Positions 18,399 to 29,009 of a stretch of 45,580 nucleotides of DNA are shown here, one piece after another. Under the pieces are notes generated by a model. It worked only from the letters and a program-made list of their open reading frames with translations. It had not been told where the DNA came from and did not search any database. The position numbers and the translations under genes were made by a program. Position 1 is the first letter of the stretch. Every line of letters starts with the position of its first letter. Origin of the DNA: Thermoplasmata archaeon (lineage in GTDB: Archaea > Thermoplasmatota > Thermoplasmata > Thermoplasmatales > ARK-15); the NCBI GenBank assembly GCA_049967595.1, contig JBMFSK010000002.1:1-45580 (forward strand). The letters run 5' to 3'.

Positions 18399-19652
18399 TT
18401 AAGGACTGACATCAAAGAATAACCTGGATTGCTTCGTGTATGAATAATTTCTCAATTTTATCAAATTTTCGTCCTCCAATATTATCTTCTTTGCTTCAGC
18501 AGTGTTTATTGATAAATCAATTATTTTTGTTCTTCCGTATCTGCCCATAGATTTTACATTGGCTGTGACCATACCCATCATATCAAGATCGGAGAGCATG
18601 TCTGTTATTCTTCTTAGGGTGAGTGTAGGAAGACCTGCGCTACCCGTTAGATTTTTGTATGCTTCAAATACGTCACTAGTTGTAGCTTGAATTGCACCAG
18701 ATTCTTTCAGAAGTGCAATTGATAGCAATAGAACTTTAGTCTGCAAGGGCATTGTTCTAAGAGTCTCTGCTACTGCGTCGTATTCAATTTTGCTTTTTGC
18801 TACAAATACATGCCTTTCTTCAACACTGTTTTCTTTGTTTGAAATTGCAATCTGTATGGATCCTTTAAGGAGTTCTATGGCTTTTCTCGCATCTCCGTTT
18901 TCCTGTGATGCTATTGTAGATATTAGTCTCAGTGCTCCTTCGTTAACAAAATTATTTGCGTTTGATAGCTTCAATCTATCTGTAAGGATATCATAAATAT
19001 CTTCAACTGAGTAAGGTGAAAAAACTATTTTTTCCTCATTTAATCTGCTTTTAACCCTTGAGTCCAGAAATTCTGAAAATCTTAGATCGTTAGTTATTCC
19101 AACGACCGTTATAGAAGAGTTTTGAAGTTCAGAATTCATTAACATTAACTGATAAAGAAGATCATCGCCATTCTTTATCACAAATCTGTCTACCTCATCA
19201 AGAACAACTATCACATTTCCGTTCCATTTATCAATGTTATTTTTTGTTGTATTATAGACCCTATCCATGGACCAACCCGTGAAAGGTATTTGATCTCCAC
19301 CTATGGAATTTCCAATTGACTCGATTATCGAATATGCATTGTCTTTTACCTGGCAGTTTAGATAAATAAATTCTACGTTTCTCTTCCCCTTTGAAATTTC
19401 CTTCAGTTCCCTGCCTATGAACTTTATTACAGCAGTTTTCCCTGTACCGGATTTCCCATAAATGATCTCATTCTTTGGACTTGACCCTATAAACATTTTA
19501 CCAAAATTATCAGCAATCGCATTCATTTCCCTTTCCCTATGTGGCATTCTCATCGGAACGAAATTTGGTTCGAAGACCTTCATGTCAAACGCGTTAAATT
19601 CCGTCCGGTCAATGTATTTATTGAATATATTTTCCATATCTGGTCCCTGCAA
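18399..19652 (-). CDS. cdc6: Orc1/Cdc6 replication initiator
   Basis: PHREREM N-terminal motif, Walker A GKSGTGKTA, Walker B VVLDEVD and a C-terminal winged-helix region. The start may be the ATG at 19637 (MENIF..). Confidence 0.9.
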   Translation of the reverse strand: MQGPDMENIFNKYIDRTEFNAFDMKVFEPNFVPMRMPHREREMNAIADNFGKMFIGSSPKNEIIYGKSGTGKTAVIKFIGRELKEISKGKRNVEFIYLNCQVKDNAYSIIESIGNSIGGDQIPFTGWSMDRVYNTTKNNIDKWNGNVIVVLDEVDRFVIKNGDDLLYQLMLMNSELQNSSITVVGITNDLRFSEFLDSRVKSRLNEEKIVFSPYSVEDIYDILTDRLKLSNANNFVNEGALRLISTIASQENGDARKAIELLKGSIQIAISNKENSVEERHVFVAKSKIEYDAVAETLRTMPLQTKVLLLSIALLKESGAIQATTSDVFEAYKNLTGSAGLPTLTLRRITDMLSDLDMMGMVTANVKSMGRYGRTKIIDLSINTAEAKKIILEDENLIKLRNYSYTKQSRLFFDVSP

Positions 19653-19742
19653 CTTAGGATATATTGCAGTCTGTTAAAAAAGATTTCTTTATCTGGTTTT
19701 TTATCAAAAACTTTATACTATTTCAAAAAGCATTTGTAAATT

Positions 19743-20963
19743 TTAATCATTTAATAATTGAATTAATTTTCTTATCTCTCCTGAAAATCTTGAGTTTATT
19801 TTAAAAACAATATTTATTTTGTTTCCCTGTTCCAATTTTTCAAGTTCACCATATTCATAAATGAATGATAACAAGGGCATATAATCTCTTTCTGCTGAAA
19901 TAGTAACGTTGAATTCCCTATCATATTTTAATGAATTAACTATTTTTTCTATCAACTTATCCATACCTTCCCCTGTTTTTGCTGATATTTTCAATGGCTC
20001 CGATAACTCATCTTTTACATAATTAAATTTCTTTTCAATATCATCTATCTGCAAATCTATTTTGTTTAGAACGGGGAGAATATTCGATCTTGATTCCCTT
20101 TTCAAAATATCAAGGGATGTAATAAATTTCTCTTTAAAATTTTCGAAGTCATCGTGAGCATCTATCAGAAGTATTATTAAATCTGAATAAAAAACATCCT
20201 CAAGAGTTGCATAAAATGCTTCAATGATCCATGGTGGTAGATTCCTTATGAATCCAACCGTATCTGTGATTAGTATTTTCTTTTTAATCCCCTGGATCCT
20301 GGATATCTTAGACACCAATGTTGAAAACATCCTGTTTTCTACAACAACATCTTCACCTGAGATAGTTCGCATCAATTGACTTTTACCGCTGTTTGTGTAA
20401 CCTGCGATGCTTACGAGATAAAAACCATTTCTTATTCTTATTTTCCTCCTTTCGTTCCTCTCCTTTTTTATTTTCTCCAGTTCCTTCTTTATATTTTTTA
20501 TTCTTTTCTGAACAAGAAAATAGTATTGATCTATATCATACTCGCCTCCAGCCATAAAACCCGGATGCTCCCCTTTCCTTGACCTGTGTATCCATTCTTT
20601 CAAAAGAGGAATTTGATAGTTAAGTTTTGACAGTTCAACTTCGAGGGATGCTTCTTTGCTTTTAGCCCTGTCTGAAAAAACTTCTAGTATGAGCATTATT
20701 CTGTCATAAACACCAGTTTTCAACATCTTTTCTAAATTGTACCATTGTACAGATTTTAAAACACCATTAAGTAAAATTTTTTCAACTGGATTTTCTTCAA
20801 GAAATGAAATTATTTCTCTTAATTTTCCTTCACCAATGAAATACCTTGAAGAATAGTGCCTGAAATAAAATACATTGACTATTTCGTAATTTAGTGACTC
20901 AGCAAGCTGCAAGAATTCCTCATCATCTTTGGGTGTAATTATTATTACCTTTTCTTGAACCAT
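19743..20963 (-). CDS. hflX: GTPase HflX
   Basis: HflX N-terminal domain plus G1 GYTNSGKSQL, G3 DTVGFI and G4 NKID. Confidence 0.9.
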   Translation of the reverse strand: MVQEKVIIITPKDDEEFLQLAESLNYEIVNVFYFRHYSSRYFIGEGKLREIISFLEENPVEKILLNGVLKSVQWYNLEKMLKTGVYDRIMLILEVFSDRAKSKEASLEVELSKLNYQIPLLKEWIHRSRKGEHPGFMAGGEYDIDQYYFLVQKRIKNIKKELEKIKKERNERRKIRIRNGFYLVSIAGYTNSGKSQLMRTISGEDVVVENRMFSTLVSKISRIQGIKKKILITDTVGFIRNLPPWIIEAFYATLEDVFYSDLIILLIDAHDDFENFKEKFITSLDILKRESRSNILPVLNKIDLQIDDIEKKFNYVKDELSEPLKISAKTGEGMDKLIEKIVNSLKYDREFNVTISAERDYMPLLSFIYEYGELEKLEQGNKINIVFKINSRFSGEIRKLIQLLND

Positions 20964-22186
20964 TCTTCAAATTCACCTAACAAATACAATGATCCTGTAA
21001 TTATTACAAAATTAGATCTTTCTAACGCGCTTTCAAATGCTTTGTTTGAATCTCTTTGAACTTCTACATTTTCTATGAACATCCTTGCTTCTTGGCCAAG
21101 TATTTCTGCATCTTTTCTTCTCTCGTCCTTTACTTCTGTAACAATAATGTGGTCGGTTATCATGCTTAACTTTCTGAAAAATTCTACAGAGTTTTTATCC
21201 TTAAGCTGTGTAGCTACCACTAGAGGCTTTTTTGTAAACAGGTCCTTTACTGTCTTTACAAGACTTTCTGCAGCTTCAGGATTATGCGCTGCATCAATTA
21301 TTATTAAAGGATTTTCAGACTTTATTTCAAACCTGCCCGAAAATTTCACATTCGAAATTGTTCTGTAATCAAGACTATTATCAAATAATTCTGACATTGT
21401 AATCGCAACAAGGGCGTTCTTAACCTGATGTTTCCCTATAAGTGGAATTTTCACATCATATATTTTATCATCTCTTTTTGCTATGAACCTGGTTCCTTTG
21501 AGGTCAACTTCAATATTTTTTATTTCATAAATGTCGTTAATATTGAAATAGGGTGCATTTCTTTCCTGAGCGATTTCTTCAAGAACCTTTCTAGGTTCAC
21601 CCTTATTTTCACCCACAACCACAGGTGTGTTTCTTTTAATTATCCCTCCTTTTTCAAAAGCTATTTGAGATAACGTATTCCCTAATCTTTCCGTATGTTC
21701 AAGAGATATCGTTACTATGCCGCTCACTGATGATCTTATAATGTTGGTTGCGTCCAACCTACCCCCCATACCTACCTCAATTACCCCGGCTTCAACACCT
21801 TTGTATCTGAAATAATCAAAAGCCATAGCTGTAGTTACTTCAAAAAATGTAGGTTGATTACCTTTTCTACCCATATCTTCTATTATATTTCTTTTTTCAC
21901 CAATCCATTTTTCTATGTATGCATCTTCAATTTCATTATCGAGGGCAATTATTCTTTCATTGAATTTTTCAATATGCGGACTGGTATACAATCCTGCTCT
22001 GTATTTTGATTTAAGTATTGTATAAAGCATTGCACTTGTGGATCCCTTTCCGTTGGTGCCAGTAATGTGCAATGATTTAAAATAATTCTGAGGATTGCCA
22101 ATCCTGGATGAAAACTCCTGCATTATATCCAAACCTAATTTTACACCAAATCTGGAAAGTGAATAGAGATACTCCAGCTCATCCAT
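20945..22186 (-). CDS. folC: folylpolyglutamate synthase/dihydrofolate synthase (Mur ligase family)
   Basis: ITGTNGKGST P-loop, YTSPH motif and Mur-ligase middle and C-terminal domains. Overlaps hflX by 19 nt. Confidence 0.85.
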   Translation of the reverse strand: MDELEYLYSLSRFGVKLGLDIMQEFSSRIGNPQNYFKSLHITGTNGKGSTSAMLYTILKSKYRAGLYTSPHIEKFNERIIALDNEIEDAYIEKWIGEKRNIIEDMGRKGNQPTFFEVTTAMAFDYFRYKGVEAGVIEVGMGGRLDATNIIRSSVSGIVTISLEHTERLGNTLSQIAFEKGGIIKRNTPVVVGENKGEPRKVLEEIAQERNAPYFNINDIYEIKNIEVDLKGTRFIAKRDDKIYDVKIPLIGKHQVKNALVAITMSELFDNSLDYRTISNVKFSGRFEIKSENPLIIIDAAHNPEAAESLVKTVKDLFTKKPLVVATQLKDKNSVEFFRKLSMITDHIIVTEVKDERRKDAEILGQEARMFIENVEVQRDSNKAFESALERSNFVIITGSLYLLGEFEEWFKKR

Positions 22187-22194
22187 TTTATCAC

Positions 22195-23568
22195 CTAAAT
22201 TCTATACCATATCTGGCCTTCGGATGTATCTTCAACTTTAATACCATTCTCATTTAATTTTTTTCTTACGTAATCCGAGATTTCAAATAATCGTTTTTCC
22301 TTTGAAACATTCCTTACATCTAGAAGAATTTCAATGAATTTTTCCGATGATAAACCATTTTTTGGAATTATTTTCATTATTCTATCAATATCATCAAAAA
22401 GTGAAAGAGCCATTTCTTTATCAATTGAAGAAAAATTATTCAAGTTCTTGTTTATAAATGCCGTAAATGCTTGTATAACTGATATAGCAAGTGGCGTGTT
22501 CATATCATCATCCATAGCATTTTCAAAATCTTCTCTGAATTTTTTAATTTCTTCAAGATAATTTTGGTCTGATTCTTTTGCTTTTAGATTACTAAGTTTT
22601 GAATAAGAGATTGTTATCCTTTCCCAGCTCTGTTTTGAAAGTTCTAGAGATTCCTGGGAATAATCTATTGGAGACCTGTAATGTGATGAAAGTAAAAAGA
22701 ATCTTAGCAATTCTGGTCTTACATTTCTAAGTATTTCTCTTATGTTTATCACATTACCCATGGATTTTCCCATTCTTTCTTGCCTTACTGTAAGAAGACC
22801 AGTATGAAGCCAATAATTCACCATCGGCTTTTTTCCACTTACGCTTTCCATTTGAGCTATTTCACATTCATGATGAGGAAATATTAAATCTGATCCACCA
22901 CCATGAACATCATACTGAGGTCCGAAATGGTATTCTGTAATGGCCGTATCTTCTATGTGCCAACCTGGCCGCCCTTCCCCCCATGGGGATTGCCAATAAG
23001 GTTCACCCGGTTTTTTCTTTTTCCAAAGGGCAAAATCTGCTGGATTTTTTTTGTTTTCGTTTATTTCTACTCTTGCTCCAGATTTTATGGATTCAACAGA
23101 CTGATGAGAAAGTTTTCCATAATCTGGAAATTTGGATATATCAAAATAAATACCATCATCAGTTTCGTAGGCAAAACCCTTTTCCATTAATCTCTTGATC
23201 TGCCCAATGATTTCATTAATGTAAAATGTGGCTGGAGCATAAAGATTTACACCATTTATCCTTAGCTTTATCATATCCTCTATATATTCTCTATAATATT
23301 TTTTTGATATTTCAGATGCAGTCAAACCTAGCTCGTTAGCCTTCTTTATTATCTTATCATCTATGTCCGTTATATTCTGTAAATAAAATACCTCATAACC
23401 TCGATACCTGAGGTATTCTGAAAATGTGTCGAAAAAAATGTAGGTTCTTGCATGCCCTATGTGTGAATAATCATAAACTGTAGGTCCACATACAAAAAGG
23501 TTTACCCTTTTACCGTTTATCGGCTTGAATTTCTTTTTACTTCTACTCAATGTATCATACAACTTCAT
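22195..23568 (-). CDS. cysS: cysteine--tRNA ligase
   Basis: CGPTVYDYSHIGHARTY (HIGH), the WHIE zinc-site region and RMGKSMGN (KMSKS). Confidence 0.95.
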   Translation of the reverse strand: MKLYDTLSRSKKKFKPINGKRVNLFVCGPTVYDYSHIGHARTYIFFDTFSEYLRYRGYEVFYLQNITDIDDKIIKKANELGLTASEISKKYYREYIEDMIKLRINGVNLYAPATFYINEIIGQIKRLMEKGFAYETDDGIYFDISKFPDYGKLSHQSVESIKSGARVEINENKKNPADFALWKKKKPGEPYWQSPWGEGRPGWHIEDTAITEYHFGPQYDVHGGGSDLIFPHHECEIAQMESVSGKKPMVNYWLHTGLLTVRQERMGKSMGNVINIREILRNVRPELLRFFLLSSHYRSPIDYSQESLELSKQSWERITISYSKLSNLKAKESDQNYLEEIKKFREDFENAMDDDMNTPLAISVIQAFTAFINKNLNNFSSIDKEMALSLFDDIDRIMKIIPKNGLSSEKFIEILLDVRNVSKEKRLFEISDYVRKKLNENGIKVEDTSEGQIWYRI

Positions 23569-23654
23569 GTTTAAATGATAAATTTTTTGGGTATATAATG
23601 ATTAATGAAAAACATAAAGATAAAATTTACATATACTTAAGTTTTCTAATAATT

Positions 23655-24119
23655 GTGAAATTTATTGCTGATAATATGCTTGGCAAACTGGCCAAATACC
23701 TGAGATTTATGGGATATGATACGTACTATACAAACAGATACATGAGTGATGATGACATAATCAATATAGCAAATAAAGATGAAAGGATTCTGATTACGAG
23801 AGATAAGGAACTCGCAACCAGATATAAAAATTCCATATTAATTGAATCTACAGACAGTATTGATCAGCTAAGACAAGTCATAAGAGCATTCGGCCTTAAC
23901 GATGAAAAAATGCTTACCAGATGCAGCATATGTAATGTTATTTTAATTAAAACGAGCAAAGAGGATGTAAAGGGAAAGGTCCCGGAAAATGTTTACAAGA
24001 ACTTTAACGATTTTTTTGTGTGCCCCTCTTGTGGAAGGTATTATTGGTACGGCACGCATGCTAGAAATATAGAAGAAACAGTAAAAGCGGTGGAAAAAAA
24101 TGAAAATTCTAGATATTGA
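23655..24119 (+). CDS. Mut7-C (DUF82) PIN-like RNase-domain protein with zinc ribbon
   Basis: FIADNMLGKLAKYLRFMGYD and ILITRD motifs plus CSICN..CPSCG ribbon. The ORF track starts at 23550 (inside cysS). I prefer the in-frame GTG at 23655, which gives the typical family N-terminus; ATGs at 23598 and 23676 are alternatives. Confidence 0.8.
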   Translation: MKFIADNMLGKLAKYLRFMGYDTYYTNRYMSDDDIINIANKDERILITRDKELATRYKNSILIESTDSIDQLRQVIRAFGLNDEKMLTRCSICNVILIKTSKEDVKGKVPENVYKNFNDFFVCPSCGRYYWYGTHARNIEETVKAVEKNENSRY

Positions 24120-25140
24120 TGAAAAACTAAAAAAAATATCGCTGAAAATTACAAATATTGATGATTTATGGTTCCTTAACAATTTCCTTGAAAAAGGAGA
24201 TATAATATTTGGTCTAATATTCAGGAAAGAAGAAGAAAGACAGGATACCGTAAGATCAAAAAAAACAGAAAGGATAAGAATAAGGGTTGGCATAGAAATA
24301 GATTACACGGAATTTCAGGATTTTTCAAACAGGCTCAGAGTTCATGGTATAATTAAAATTGGTCCTGAAGACTTTATTGGATTTCATCAGAGTCTAAACA
24401 TTGAAACAAACTATGATGTTGAAATTATAAAAAAAGAATGGAAGAAATTTTACATCGAAGAATTAAAAAAAGCGGAAGATTCTGGTCAGGTATCACTCTT
24501 CATATCAATGGATGATGAAAATGCCACCATAGCCTTGCTAAGGGATTATGCAATACAGATACTTGCAGAAATAAAATTAAAAAAGAAATCTAAGGATATT
24601 GAAAGCAAGGAAGAAGAAATTAATTACTCTGAAATAATGGGCAAATTGAAACAGTACTGGGAAGAAAATATGCCCGTTATATTGGCCGGCCCTGGATTTT
24701 TCAAAGAAAATTTCTTTAATTTTATACCTGAAAGCGAAATTTTAAAAAAGCATATTGTCTTGGTAAATACATCTTATGCAGGAGAGAGAGGCATATATGA
24801 AGCATTAAAATCCGGTACACTTGATAATATACTCAAAAAACAGAGACTTATGAAAGAATTTTCACTAGTTAACGAGCTTCTTGAAGAGATAGGAAAAAAT
24901 GGAAAATATGCTTATGGTATGGACGAGGTTAAAAAAGCCATTGAGTATGGAGCTGTTGAAAAATTGCTTGTAACGGATATTAAAATTAAGGATGAAAATA
25001 TATTGGAATTGATGAAGGAGGCAGAAAGTCAGAATGCACAAGTGCACATAATAAGCTCTCACCATGAGTATGGTAGAATTTTGCAGAACCTGGGTGGTAT
25101 TGGTGCATTACTCAGGTATCCCTTGCCTAACCGTCCCTGA
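24100..25140 (+). CDS. pelA: Pelota/Dom34 mRNA surveillance factor
   Basis: N-terminal Sm-like domain ([18 protein letters not shown]), central domain and eRF1-like C-terminal domain. The start overlaps the Mut7-C gene by 20 nt. Confidence 0.9.
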   Translation: MKILDIDEKLKKISLKITNIDDLWFLNNFLEKGDIIFGLIFRKEEERQDTVRSKKTERIRIRVGIEIDYTEFQDFSNRLRVHGIIKIGPEDFIGFHQSLNIETNYDVEIIKKEWKKFYIEELKKAEDSGQVSLFISMDDENATIALLRDYAIQILAEIKLKKKSKDIESKEEEINYSEIMGKLKQYWEENMPVILAGPGFFKENFFNFIPESEILKKHIVLVNTSYAGERGIYEALKSGTLDNILKKQRLMKEFSLVNELLEEIGKNGKYAYGMDEVKKAIEYGAVEKLLVTDIKIKDENILELMKEAESQNAQVHIISSHHEYGRILQNLGGIGALLRYPLPNRP

Positions 25141-26083
25141 CACCATCTGAATTTATTACCACCACGACCTCTCCCTCAGGATACGCTGGAGAATCGATTA
25201 ACCTTGCTATTCTTTTGTCACCTTTTGATTTTCTTAAAGATATTCTAAATGTGGCTGTGTGTCCTACAATATTTCCGCCAATGGGTTGATTTGGATCACC
25301 AAAAAATACATCTGGCCTTGAAGAAACCTGATTTGTTACAGCAACAACGGCATTGTATATGTCTGCGAATCTTAAAAGATCATGCATGTGCCTGTTAAGC
25401 ATCTGCTGCCTTTCCGCGAGTGCTCCTCTACCAGAGTATTCTACCCTGAAATGAGCTGTGAGTGAATCAACTGCTATTAACCTGATTGGATACTCCTTTG
25501 CTGTTTCAAACGCTTTCTCCACTAAAAGCATTTGATGGCTTGAGTTGTAGGCCCTGGCGACGTGTATCTTTTTCAAAACATCCTGAGGGTCTAGATCAAG
25601 GGCAGCTGCCATCTGTGCTATTCTTTCTGGCCTGAACGTATTTTCTGTATCTATTAAAAGTGCCTCTCCATTAAGACCTTTTTTTTCCTCTGGAAGGGTA
25701 ACATTCACCATTAGTTGATGTATGATCTGAGTTTTGCCTGACCCAAAGGGTCCGAAAAATTCTGTAATGGCTTGTGTTTCAAGACCGCCTCCCAGAAGGT
25801 TGTCAAAATTCGGAGATCCGGTGGTTAGCTTAGAAATATGCTGCCTTCTTTCAAGGACTACATCACCTGTTACAAAATTCCCAACATCAGCAAATTTTCT
25901 TGCTCCTTCAACGATCTTTTTTGCCTGTGCCTCACTTATCTCAGCGGCTACAGCTATATCAGCTGGGGGCGTTACTGCAATTGTTATCAGATCCGTAAAA
26001 CCTGCCTCTCTCAATTTCTCAGCTATAGCAGGTCCAACACCCGGTATGTCTTCCAAACTATCTACTTTTTTATCTTTTGCCAA
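25127..26083 (-). CDS. radA: DNA repair and recombination protein RadA
   Basis: HhH N-terminal domain ([15 protein letters not shown]), Walker [10 protein letters not shown] and Walker B LIAVDS. Confidence 0.95.
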   Translation of the reverse strand: MAKDKKVDSLEDIPGVGPAIAEKLREAGFTDLITIAVTPPADIAVAAEISEAQAKKIVEGARKFADVGNFVTGDVVLERRQHISKLTTGSPNFDNLLGGGLETQAITEFFGPFGSGKTQIIHQLMVNVTLPEEKKGLNGEALLIDTENTFRPERIAQMAAALDLDPQDVLKKIHVARAYNSSHQMLLVEKAFETAKEYPIRLIAVDSLTAHFRVEYSGRGALAERQQMLNRHMHDLLRFADIYNAVVAVTNQVSSRPDVFFGDPNQPIGGNIVGHTATFRISLRKSKGDKRIARLIDSPAYPEGEVVVVINSDGVRDG

Positions 26084-26095
26084 TTTTAAACACCA

Positions 26096-27103
26096 TCATA
26101 TTCCTTTTGAGTACATATATTCAATCAAATCTACTACCCTGCATGCATAACCGTACTCATTATCATACCATGCTATCACTTTAATTAAATTTTCTCCCTG
26201 TACCTGGGTTAATTCTGCATCAACCACACTGGAATAATTTGTACCTTTAAAGTCCATTGAAACCAATGGCTCATAAGAAATTCCTAATATGCCTTTCATT
26301 CTTCCGCTGGCATATTTCTCAAATGCCTTATTCACTTCCTCTTTCGTAGCAGATTTTTTTACAAGAGCAACAAAATCAACAACACTTACTGTTGATGTTG
26401 GAACCCTCATAGACAATGCTTCAAATTTTCCTTTCATTTCAGGTATTACAACTGATACTGATTTAGCCGCACCTGTGGACGTAGGTATTATAGATTGTCC
26501 TGCAGCTCTAGCCCTCCTAAGATCTTTGTGCGGTGCATCCTGAAGCCTTTGATCCATAGTAACAGAATGTACAGTATTCATGAAAGATTTTTCAATACCA
26601 AATTCATCATTAATCACCTTTACTATTGGCGTGATGCAATTTGTTGTGCATGATCCATTGGATATTATTTTATGTTTTTCTGGATCGTATTTTTCTTCAT
26701 TTACTCCTAGTACAACTGTAAAATCTTCGTTTTTTGCTGGAGCAGAAATTATTACCTTCTTCGCACCAGCGTTTATGTGAGCTATTGCTTTTTGACCGTC
26801 TGTAAATACACCTGTAGATTCAACCACTATGTCTATGTTCAAATCCCTCCAAGGAAGCTTTGAAGGATCTTTCTCATTAAATGTCAATATTTTTTTACCG
26901 TCCAACTCTATAAAATTTTCTCCAGCCTTAACGTTTGCATTTAAAATTCCATAGTTGCTATCATACTTTAAGAGATGTGCTAGGGTCTTGGCATCAACTA
27001 GGTCATTTATCGCAACGAGATCAATATCATTACGCTCAAGTGCAATCCTAAATGTCAACCTTCCGATCCTTCCAAAACCATTAATTGCAACACGAACAAC
27101 CAT
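26096..27103 (-). CDS. gap: glyceraldehyde-3-phosphate dehydrogenase, class I (bacterial/eukaryotic type)
   Basis: [14 protein letters not shown]-binding motif, catalytic SNGSCTTNC and C-terminal AWYDNEYGY. These are class I hallmarks, not the archaeal class II enzyme. Confidence 0.95.
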   Translation of the reverse strand: MVVRVAINGFGRIGRLTFRIALERNDIDLVAINDLVDAKTLAHLLKYDSNYGILNANVKAGENFIELDGKKILTFNEKDPSKLPWRDLNIDIVVESTGVFTDGQKAIAHINAGAKKVIISAPAKNEDFTVVLGVNEEKYDPEKHKIISNGSCTTNCITPIVKVINDEFGIEKSFMNTVHSVTMDQRLQDAPHKDLRRARAAGQSIIPTSTGAAKSVSVVIPEMKGKFEALSMRVPTSTVSVVDFVALVKKSATKEEVNKAFEKYASGRMKGILGISYEPLVSMDFKGTNYSSVVDAELTQVQGENLIKVIAWYDNEYGYACRVVDLIEYMYSKGI

Positions 27104-27166
27104 TTTAGCACCTTCCTTAATATAGATATAACAAAAGATTATAAAATATTTATTGAAAAATTTTAA

Positions 27167-27817
27167 TTAATAATATTTTTCATTAAAACCGTATTTTCCT
27201 ATTAGAGGAACAAAAGCTACAGGCCCCTCATCCACTTTTTCAATACCATCTTCCTTTTTCCTTATTAAATAGAGTTCTTGAAAATAATTTCCACCTATTG
27301 GAATTACCATTATTCCATTAATTTTTAATTGATCTAACAATGGGGGTGGTATATCAGGTGCACCGCAGGTTACTACTACGCGGTCATAAGGTGAATATTC
27401 TGCCAGACCTACAGAACCATCACCTTCAAAAATCTCAATATTTTCAGCATAGGAGCAATTTCGAATGTTTGCTTTTGCAATCAAATAAAGGGATCTGTTC
27501 TTTTCAACCGTATATATTTTTCCTGGATAATTAAGATAGCCCATTAAGCAGGCATTATATCCTGAACCCGAGCCTATTTCCAAAATTTTTATTCCTCTTT
27601 CTATGTTTATAAGTTCTAACATAATAGCAACCATATGCGGCGCTGATATTGTTTGATTTTCACCTATAGGTAATGGCTCATCTATATAAGCTTCTTTTCT
27701 ATATGCATAAGGAACAAATTCTTTTCTGTCAACGGCTAAAAATGCTTCCTCTACGTTTTTAGATTTAATGTATCCCTCCATTTTCAAGTTCCTGACGAGT
27801 TGTTCAAGGGAGCTCAT
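27167..27817 (-). CDS. pcm: protein-L-isoaspartate O-methyltransferase
   Basis: QTISAPHMVA motif, SAM-binding LEIGSGSGYNA and about 216 aa length. Confidence 0.9.
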   Translation of the reverse strand: MSSLEQLVRNLKMEGYIKSKNVEEAFLAVDRKEFVPYAYRKEAYIDEPLPIGENQTISAPHMVAIMLELINIERGIKILEIGSGSGYNACLMGYLNYPGKIYTVEKNRSLYLIAKANIRNCSYAENIEIFEGDGSVGLAEYSPYDRVVVTCGAPDIPPPLLDQLKINGIMVIPIGGNYFQELYLIRKKEDGIEKVDEGPVAFVPLIGKYGFNEKYY

Positions 27818-28319
27818 CAGTGCACCTCCATATCAAATAGGCGTATATGCTATGAAATGCAAATTTTTTCTCTTTTAAAAGCTTGAAACAAAAATTTTCA
27901 AATTTGTCTTTTAAGTAATTCAAGTCATTGAAGGAGCTTAGGATCATAAATATTCTCCCATTTTTTTCAAGATGAACATCTACCTGTTCCAGAAATTTTT
28001 CCAATACCTCTTGACCATTTTTACCACCAAAAATAGTAATGTCATCTTCAATTTTTCCTGGCAAATAGGGAGGATTAAATATTATTGTATCAAATTTACC
28101 ATGAACATCTGAAAAAAGGTCAGAAACAACTGCTCTAATGCCTTGATCAAAAATTTTTTTTACAGCCTCATTATCAATATCAACAGCAAGAACTTCAAAA
28201 CCTTTGTTCTTAAGTTCAATTGATATATACCCTGACCCAGCACCCATTTCTAATATCCTGCCTTTTGGTTCAACGTTGTCGAGAAGAAACAATGTATCTT
28301 CATCCGGAGCATATATCAT
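27804..28319 (-). CDS. HemK/Mtq2-like N5-glutamine methyltransferase
   Basis: MIYAPDEDT start, SAM motif ILEMGAGSGYIS and catalytic FNPPYLP. The ORF-track start (28436) adds 39 implausible residues that collide with the divergent gene, so I use the ATG at 28319. Confidence 0.8.
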   Translation of the reverse strand: MIYAPDEDTLFLLDNVEPKGRILEMGAGSGYISIELKNKGFEVLAVDIDNEAVKKIFDQGIRAVVSDLFSDVHGKFDTIIFNPPYLPGKIEDDITIFGGKNGQEVLEKFLEQVDVHLEKNGRIFMILSSFNDLNYLKDKFENFCFKLLKEKKFAFHSIYAYLIWRCTDELP

Positions 28320-28364
28320 AAAATTTAAATAACAACCATAATTATTTATATTTTGTGACCAAAT

Positions 28365-29009
28365 ATGTATATAAAATATCATGGCCATGCATGTTTTGAA
28401 ATAGGCGACAGTAAAAAATTTGTTTTTGACCCTCACGATGGAACAAGTATTGGTTTACCGAGACCAGAACCTATGGGAGAAGTGGTTTTTATAACACATG
28501 AGCATTTCGATCATAATGCAACGCAGGTAGTAAAAGGAAATTTTACAACTGTAAGGGAAGCAAAATCTGGAACTGTGAGTGGAATAAAATATGAATCAAT
28601 TATTCAGTACCATGATGATATGAAAGGAAAAAAGAGAGGAGAAATTCGAATATACAAGGTATTTCTGGATGGTATTTCTTTTACTCACTTAAGCGACCTT
28701 GGCCATATACCTGAGAAGAATGCCTTAGAGTTTTTAAAGGGAACAGATTTCCTTTTCATTCCAGTAGGATCTATATACACTATTAATGGTGATCAAGCTG
28801 CCGATATAGTAAGCATGATCAAACCAAAAGTGGCAATACCGATGCATTTTTATATACAGGGAAGTCAGCTCAAATTGGATAAAGTTGATAAATTTCTCTC
28901 ACACTTTGAAAAAAATAAAATAAAAAGTGTTGGCAAAATCAAGGATTTTAATAAAAATGATTTGCCTTCAAACACTGATATATGGCTATTTTCAGTTTCA
29001 AATCCCTAA
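28365..29009 (+). CDS. metallo-beta-lactamase-fold hydrolase (UPF0173-like)
   Basis: YHGHACFEI N-terminus and ITHEHFDHN metal-binding motif. Confidence 0.8.
   Translation: MYIKYHGHACFEIGDSKKFVFDPHDGTSIGLPRPEPMGEVVFITHEHFDHNATQVVKGNFTTVREAKSGTVSGIKYESIIQYHDDMKGKKRGEIRIYKVFLDGISFTHLSDLGHIPEKNALEFLKGTDFLFIPVGSIYTINGDQAADIVSMIKPKVAIPMHFYIQGSQLKLDKVDKFLSHFEKNKIKSVGKIKDFNKNDLPSNTDIWLFSVSNP

Noticed and set aside
18346-19742. A replication origin next to orc1/cdc6.
   Set aside because: The flanking spacers are only 53 bp and 90 bp. By eye they contain no ORB/mini-ORB-like inverted repeats and no extended AT-rich unwinding element. If this Cdc6 has an origin, it is not visibly adjacent within this window.
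23550-23654. N-terminal extensions in ORF-track models: 23550 for the Mut7-C gene, 28436 for the HemK-like gene, 37005 for the PAC2 gene and possibly 39120 for the helical protein.
   Set aside because: The extensions overlap neighbouring genes or promoters and add residues unlike the family N-termini. Downstream in-frame starts (23655, 28319, 37104, 39162) give canonical N-termini.
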